38,910 bases of DNA from Deinococcales bacterium (GTDB lineage: Bacteria; Deinococcota; Deinococci; Deinococcales; JAAFIG01), in NCBI GenBank assembly GCA_031414595.1, contig JANNVX010000058.1:1-38910 (forward strand). The letters are read 5' to 3'. Shown piece after piece: positions 36,462-38,910 of this stretch. The notes beneath the pieces are model-generated. The model was given only the letters and a program-made list of their open reading frames with translations, was not told where the DNA came from and did not search any database. Each line of letters begins with the position of its first letter. Positions within the stretch are counted from its first letter, which is position 1. Both the position numbers and the translations under genes were made by a program.

Positions 36462-36701
36462 ATGAAATTGATAGGCGGAACAATGGTCGTTCTGGGTGGC
36501 TTAGGAGTTTTACAGGGAATAGTCACGTCAGGGAATATCTTGGGTGTGAGCTATGTTACTAACCCAAGTAACCCTTCACAAATTATCGAACCCAGTACAG
36601 AACAGCGTCTCAGAGCAATAGCAGGAACAGTCATAGTAACGGGTGCATCAGTCCTATTACTGTTTTGGGGTACTCAAATTTATAACAAAAAAGATGCGTG
36701 A
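36462..36701 (+). CDS. Small two-TM protein
   Basis: AGGTG RBS. Hydrophobic LIGGTMVVLGGLGVLQGIV and AIAGTVIVTGASVLLLFWG. Confidence 0.7.
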   Translation: MKLIGGTMVVLGGLGVLQGIVTSGNILGVSYVTNPSNPSQIIEPSTEQRLRAIAGTVIVTGASVLLLFWGTQIYNKKDA

Positions 36702-36712
36702 AGACGCAATGA

Positions 36713-36751
36713 AAACCCCGCGCTTTATGCTTGGCGGCTGGCGCGGGGTTT
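36713..36751. promoter_or_regulatory. GC-rich inverted repeat between the membrane-protein genes and the integrase module
   Basis: AAACCCCGCGC-17 nt-GCGCGGGGTTT. Confidence 0.55.
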
Positions 36752-36763
36752 GGGGATGAACTT

Positions 36764-37078
36764 ATGAATAAGGTAGCAGGAAAAGCATTGAATCACAAGT
36801 CTTTTGGTTCATCGGCTTTAAGTTTACAAGAGTTATCTCGGCTACGCCCCTTTATGCTTTTCTTTGAGTTTTTTCTTACACTCGAGGATTTAGAACGCAA
36901 TAGCCTTTCAGAGCGCGTTACTATACAAGCATACAGCGCTGTTCAAATGGCGGCGGCTTCCTTGTTTTCTGTACTTCTTAAAGCCCTACCCCCTCGAGTT
37001 GCCAGAGAAGCACAAAGCGCCATTCAAAACGCTCTTTTCTCGCTTGACTTGGAAGACCCGAAGAAGGGCGGCGCGTGA
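36764..37078 (+). CDS. Hypothetical protein
   Basis: Helical ORF directly upstream of the integrase. ATG 36764 chosen; function not recognised. Confidence 0.5.
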   Translation: MNKVAGKALNHKSFGSSALSLQELSRLRPFMLFFEFFLTLEDLERNSLSERVTIQAYSAVQMAAASLFSVLLKALPPRVAREAQSAIQNALFSLDLEDPKKGGA

Positions 37079-37111
37079 TGGCTTCTTTGTGCAAAGCCAT
37101 AGGCGGCACTC

Positions 37112-38209
37112 ATGCCTAGGCGCATTCTCAAAGATAGGGGTAGCACCAAGGCTAAAGCCCTGTCCCTTGCTGATTCCTCACCCTCAAGCATTTACGGACG
37201 CGTTGCAGCCGATAGGGTGGCAGGTCTTACAACTTTACAGCGTGGCATCCTACCTACTCCCCAAATGCTGCTTGGTGTTTGGCTTGAGCATTTTGTGACT
37301 TCCGAAACAACAGCCCAAACCCAAAGCACAAAAAAGAATGCTCGAGCTTACTTAAAGCGAATCCTGCCCGAATTGGGCGGGGTTCGGCTTGGTGCTTTGA
37401 ATCCGCTTATGTTGCGTTCGTTCATGGATTCAATCTGTGACTTGTCGAGCAGTACCCAACAAAAGATATACGGCTTATTAAAACGTGCCTTACAGGATGC
37501 GGTCAATCTCGAGGTGCTACCGCGTAACCCGATGACTGCTGTTAAACGCCCGAAGCTAAAACCAGTCAATGAGACTGAACCGCTCGAGCCTGAACAAGTC
37601 GAGAACCTGATTAGGCTCTTAAAAGGTCATCGGCTCGAGTTGCTGTTCCATCTTTGCTTTACTTGTGGCTTACGAATTGGTGAGGCGTGTGCTTTACGTT
37701 GGGATAATCTTCGCGGTTCGGTACTACAAGTCAATCACACCATTAACCGCTTCTACAGCAAGAAAAATGACGAAGAACTGTTTCGTCCTGCCAAGTCTGG
37801 TAGCGCTCGAGAAATGCGAATAGACGCGGATACACTGGCATTGTTTGCCCAGCACAAGACCCAGCAAGAACACCAGGGTCGGGGCTTTAATCCGCTTGGC
37901 TTGGTGTTCTTGTCCATTACTGGCACACCTTTAGATGCCAATAATTTTTATAACCGAGTCTTTAGAGACCTTCTCGAGCAAGCTGGACTACGCGCTCAAG
38001 GAACTCATGCCATGCGTAAAACCTACGCAACCCTTGCGGCTGTGGTGCTACCAATTCAGGATGTACAGGCACGGATGGGACACAAAGACCCGCGTATGAC
38101 GACTTTGCGGGTCTATGCCAAGAGCCAAGCAAGGCGCAATACAAAAGCAGCCGTGCCATTGTCTGAACTGATTAAGGCTTCAAAGATTGACGAGGCAGAC
38201 AGTGAGTAG
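37112..38209 (+). CDS. int: Tyrosine recombinase / phage-type integrase
   Basis: GLRIGE (R), AKSG (K), HAMRKTYAT (HxxR) and MGHKDPRMTTLRVY (H, Y) motifs. Core-binding region ALQDAV...LPRNPM. Adjacent to attR. Confidence 0.93.
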   Translation: MPRRILKDRGSTKAKALSLADSSPSSIYGRVAADRVAGLTTLQRGILPTPQMLLGVWLEHFVTSETTAQTQSTKKNARAYLKRILPELGGVRLGALNPLMLRSFMDSICDLSSSTQQKIYGLLKRALQDAVNLEVLPRNPMTAVKRPKLKPVNETEPLEPEQVENLIRLLKGHRLELLFHLCFTCGLRIGEACALRWDNLRGSVLQVNHTINRFYSKKNDEELFRPAKSGSAREMRIDADTLALFAQHKTQQEHQGRGFNPLGLVFLSITGTPLDANNFYNRVFRDLLEQAGLRAQGTHAMRKTYATLAAVVLPIQDVQARMGHKDPRMTTLRVYAKSQARRNTKAAVPLSELIKASKIDEADSE

Positions 38210-38288
38210 TATTTTGAGGTCATGGTGTGGCGTGGGTTTATCTCGCGTCACAGATTCAAATTTACAATACTTTACAAAATTGAAGCAT

Positions 38289-38334
38289 CTTACAAGCGAC
38301 TGGTCGCAGGTTCAATCCCTGTCCTGCCCACCAC
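38289..38334 (+). repeat. attR, 46-bp direct repeat (displaced 3' part of tRNA-Val)
   Basis: Identical to 31751-31796. Confidence 0.95.
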
Positions 38335-38340
38335 GTTAAG

Positions 38341-38374
38341 GACGCAAGAATTTAATTCTTGCGTCTCGTTTTTT
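38341..38374 (+). terminator. Probable original tRNA-Val terminator
   Basis: GACGCAAGAAT-TTA-ATTCTTGCGTC followed by TCGTTTTTT, directly after attR. Confidence 0.7.
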
Positions 38375-38399
38375 CTTGGCTTTACACCCTAACTACACC

Positions 38400-38738
38400 C
38401 TAACTCGCCCCTCGAGCTTTCCAATACTCGAGCCATTGGGGTTTGACCAGTGCCGCGTCAAGTTTCCAGCTTTGAATTGGGATATCGTAATGGGTTAAGC
38501 GTTCGCGCTGTGCTAAATCAAAAACCCTTTGCCCATAACTGCTTGACCTCGCGTAAGCACTTAGCCCGTTCAAGTCACCATACACAGCACTCGAGCTGCC
38601 AATACTGACCCCTGCCAGAATTGCCCTCGGGCGTTGGGGGTGATTCCAACCTCGAAAAGCGAGTGCAAGCAGCCACAGCAAAGGCTTAGGCGTGAGGCTC
38701 GAGAGGAGGTTTTGTGAGCCGTAGAAATTGCCGAACAT
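38400..38738 (-). CDS. Hypothetical protein, possibly a gene remnant next to the IS
   Basis: 112-aa ORF with no recognised motif, starting about 35 nt from the IS end. Confidence 0.35.
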   Translation of the reverse strand: MFGNFYGSQNLLSSLTPKPLLWLLALAFRGWNHPQRPRAILAGVSIGSSSAVYGDLNGLSAYARSSSYGQRVFDLAQRERLTHYDIPIQSWKLDAALVKPQWLEYWKARGAS

Positions 38739-38772
38739 TATGTATTTGAAGGACTTTCCTTATTTTCTGCAT

Positions 38773-38910
38773 TAGACGTTATCGGAAATAAGAAACTAGC
38801 TCGATTTCCGCAAAGCCCGTTTGCGAAAAGCACAGCGAAGGTTATGCAAACCACAAGCAATCTCCATAAACCAATCAGAGCAATACCACTTCGTATTCCG
38901 CAACACGTCC
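38773..38910 (-). mobile_element. Right end of a probable IS5-family (ISL2-group) insertion sequence
   Basis: Terminus-like TAGACGTTATCGGAAATA (38773-38790) lies just past the transposase stop. The partner end is outside the window. Confidence 0.6.
38796..38910 (-). CDS. DDE transposase C-terminal fragment (IS5/ISL2-like)
   Basis: Manual translation DVLRNTKWYCSDWFMEIACGLHNLRCAFRKRALRKSS* contains the 'MEIACGLHNLR' C-terminal pattern of DDE_Tnp_4 transposases. Confidence 0.72.
   Translation of the reverse strand, partial: DVLRNTKWYCSDWFMEIACGLHNLRCAFRKRALRKSS

Larger units (their letters stand above)
31751..38334. mobile_element. tRNA-Val-integrated rolling-circle element (6,538-bp unit)
   Basis: Flanking 46-bp att repeats, tyrosine integrase next to attR and an HUH Rep. 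Confidence 0.92.

Noticed and set aside
38289-38334. Second tRNA-Val gene
   Set aside because: Only the 3' part from the anticodon loop onward is present, with no D arm or 5' acceptor strand. It is attR.
31751-38334. Calling the element an inovirus prophage or an ICE
   Set aside because: No Zot/pI-like ATPase, T4SS, coupling protein or MOB relaxase motif is visible, so the classification is left open.

Overview
Bacterial chromosomal window, most likely from a relatively low-GC member of the Deinococcota (inferred from a Thermus-like L7/L12 N-terminus, a TmrAB-like exporter pair and bshA). Both ends run into insertion-sequence transposase fragments: IS630-like at the left, IS5/ISL2-like at the right. 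The housekeeping backbone carries pullulanase, ackA, a beta-CASP RNase, a sugar-binding protein, bshA, a DAO-family oxidoreductase, miaB, an M1 peptidase, TmrAB, a small c-type cytochrome, a PfkB kinase, a two-component system, the L10 leader with rplJ-rplL, and tRNA-Val. Three accessory blocks stand out. (1) An AT-rich island at about 6.5-11.2 kb has a membrane-anchored vWA protein, a coiled-coil multi-TM protein and a divergent HTH-containing protein. (2) A complete lasso-peptide cluster at 12.9-16.9 kb has a 44-aa precursor with a non-canonical leader and predicted core GGPVADGDYGRYIRIEFNP. (3) A 6,538-bp element is integrated in tRNA-Val(TAC) between perfect 46-bp att repeats. It encodes an HUH rolling-circle Rep, a tyrosine integrase, RHH regulators and a run of small membrane proteins, with no recognisable capsid, ATPase or conjugation gene. 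The palindrome CTCGAG is strongly over-represented throughout (about 160 copies by manual count). All family assignments come from motif recognition by eye; no searches were run.
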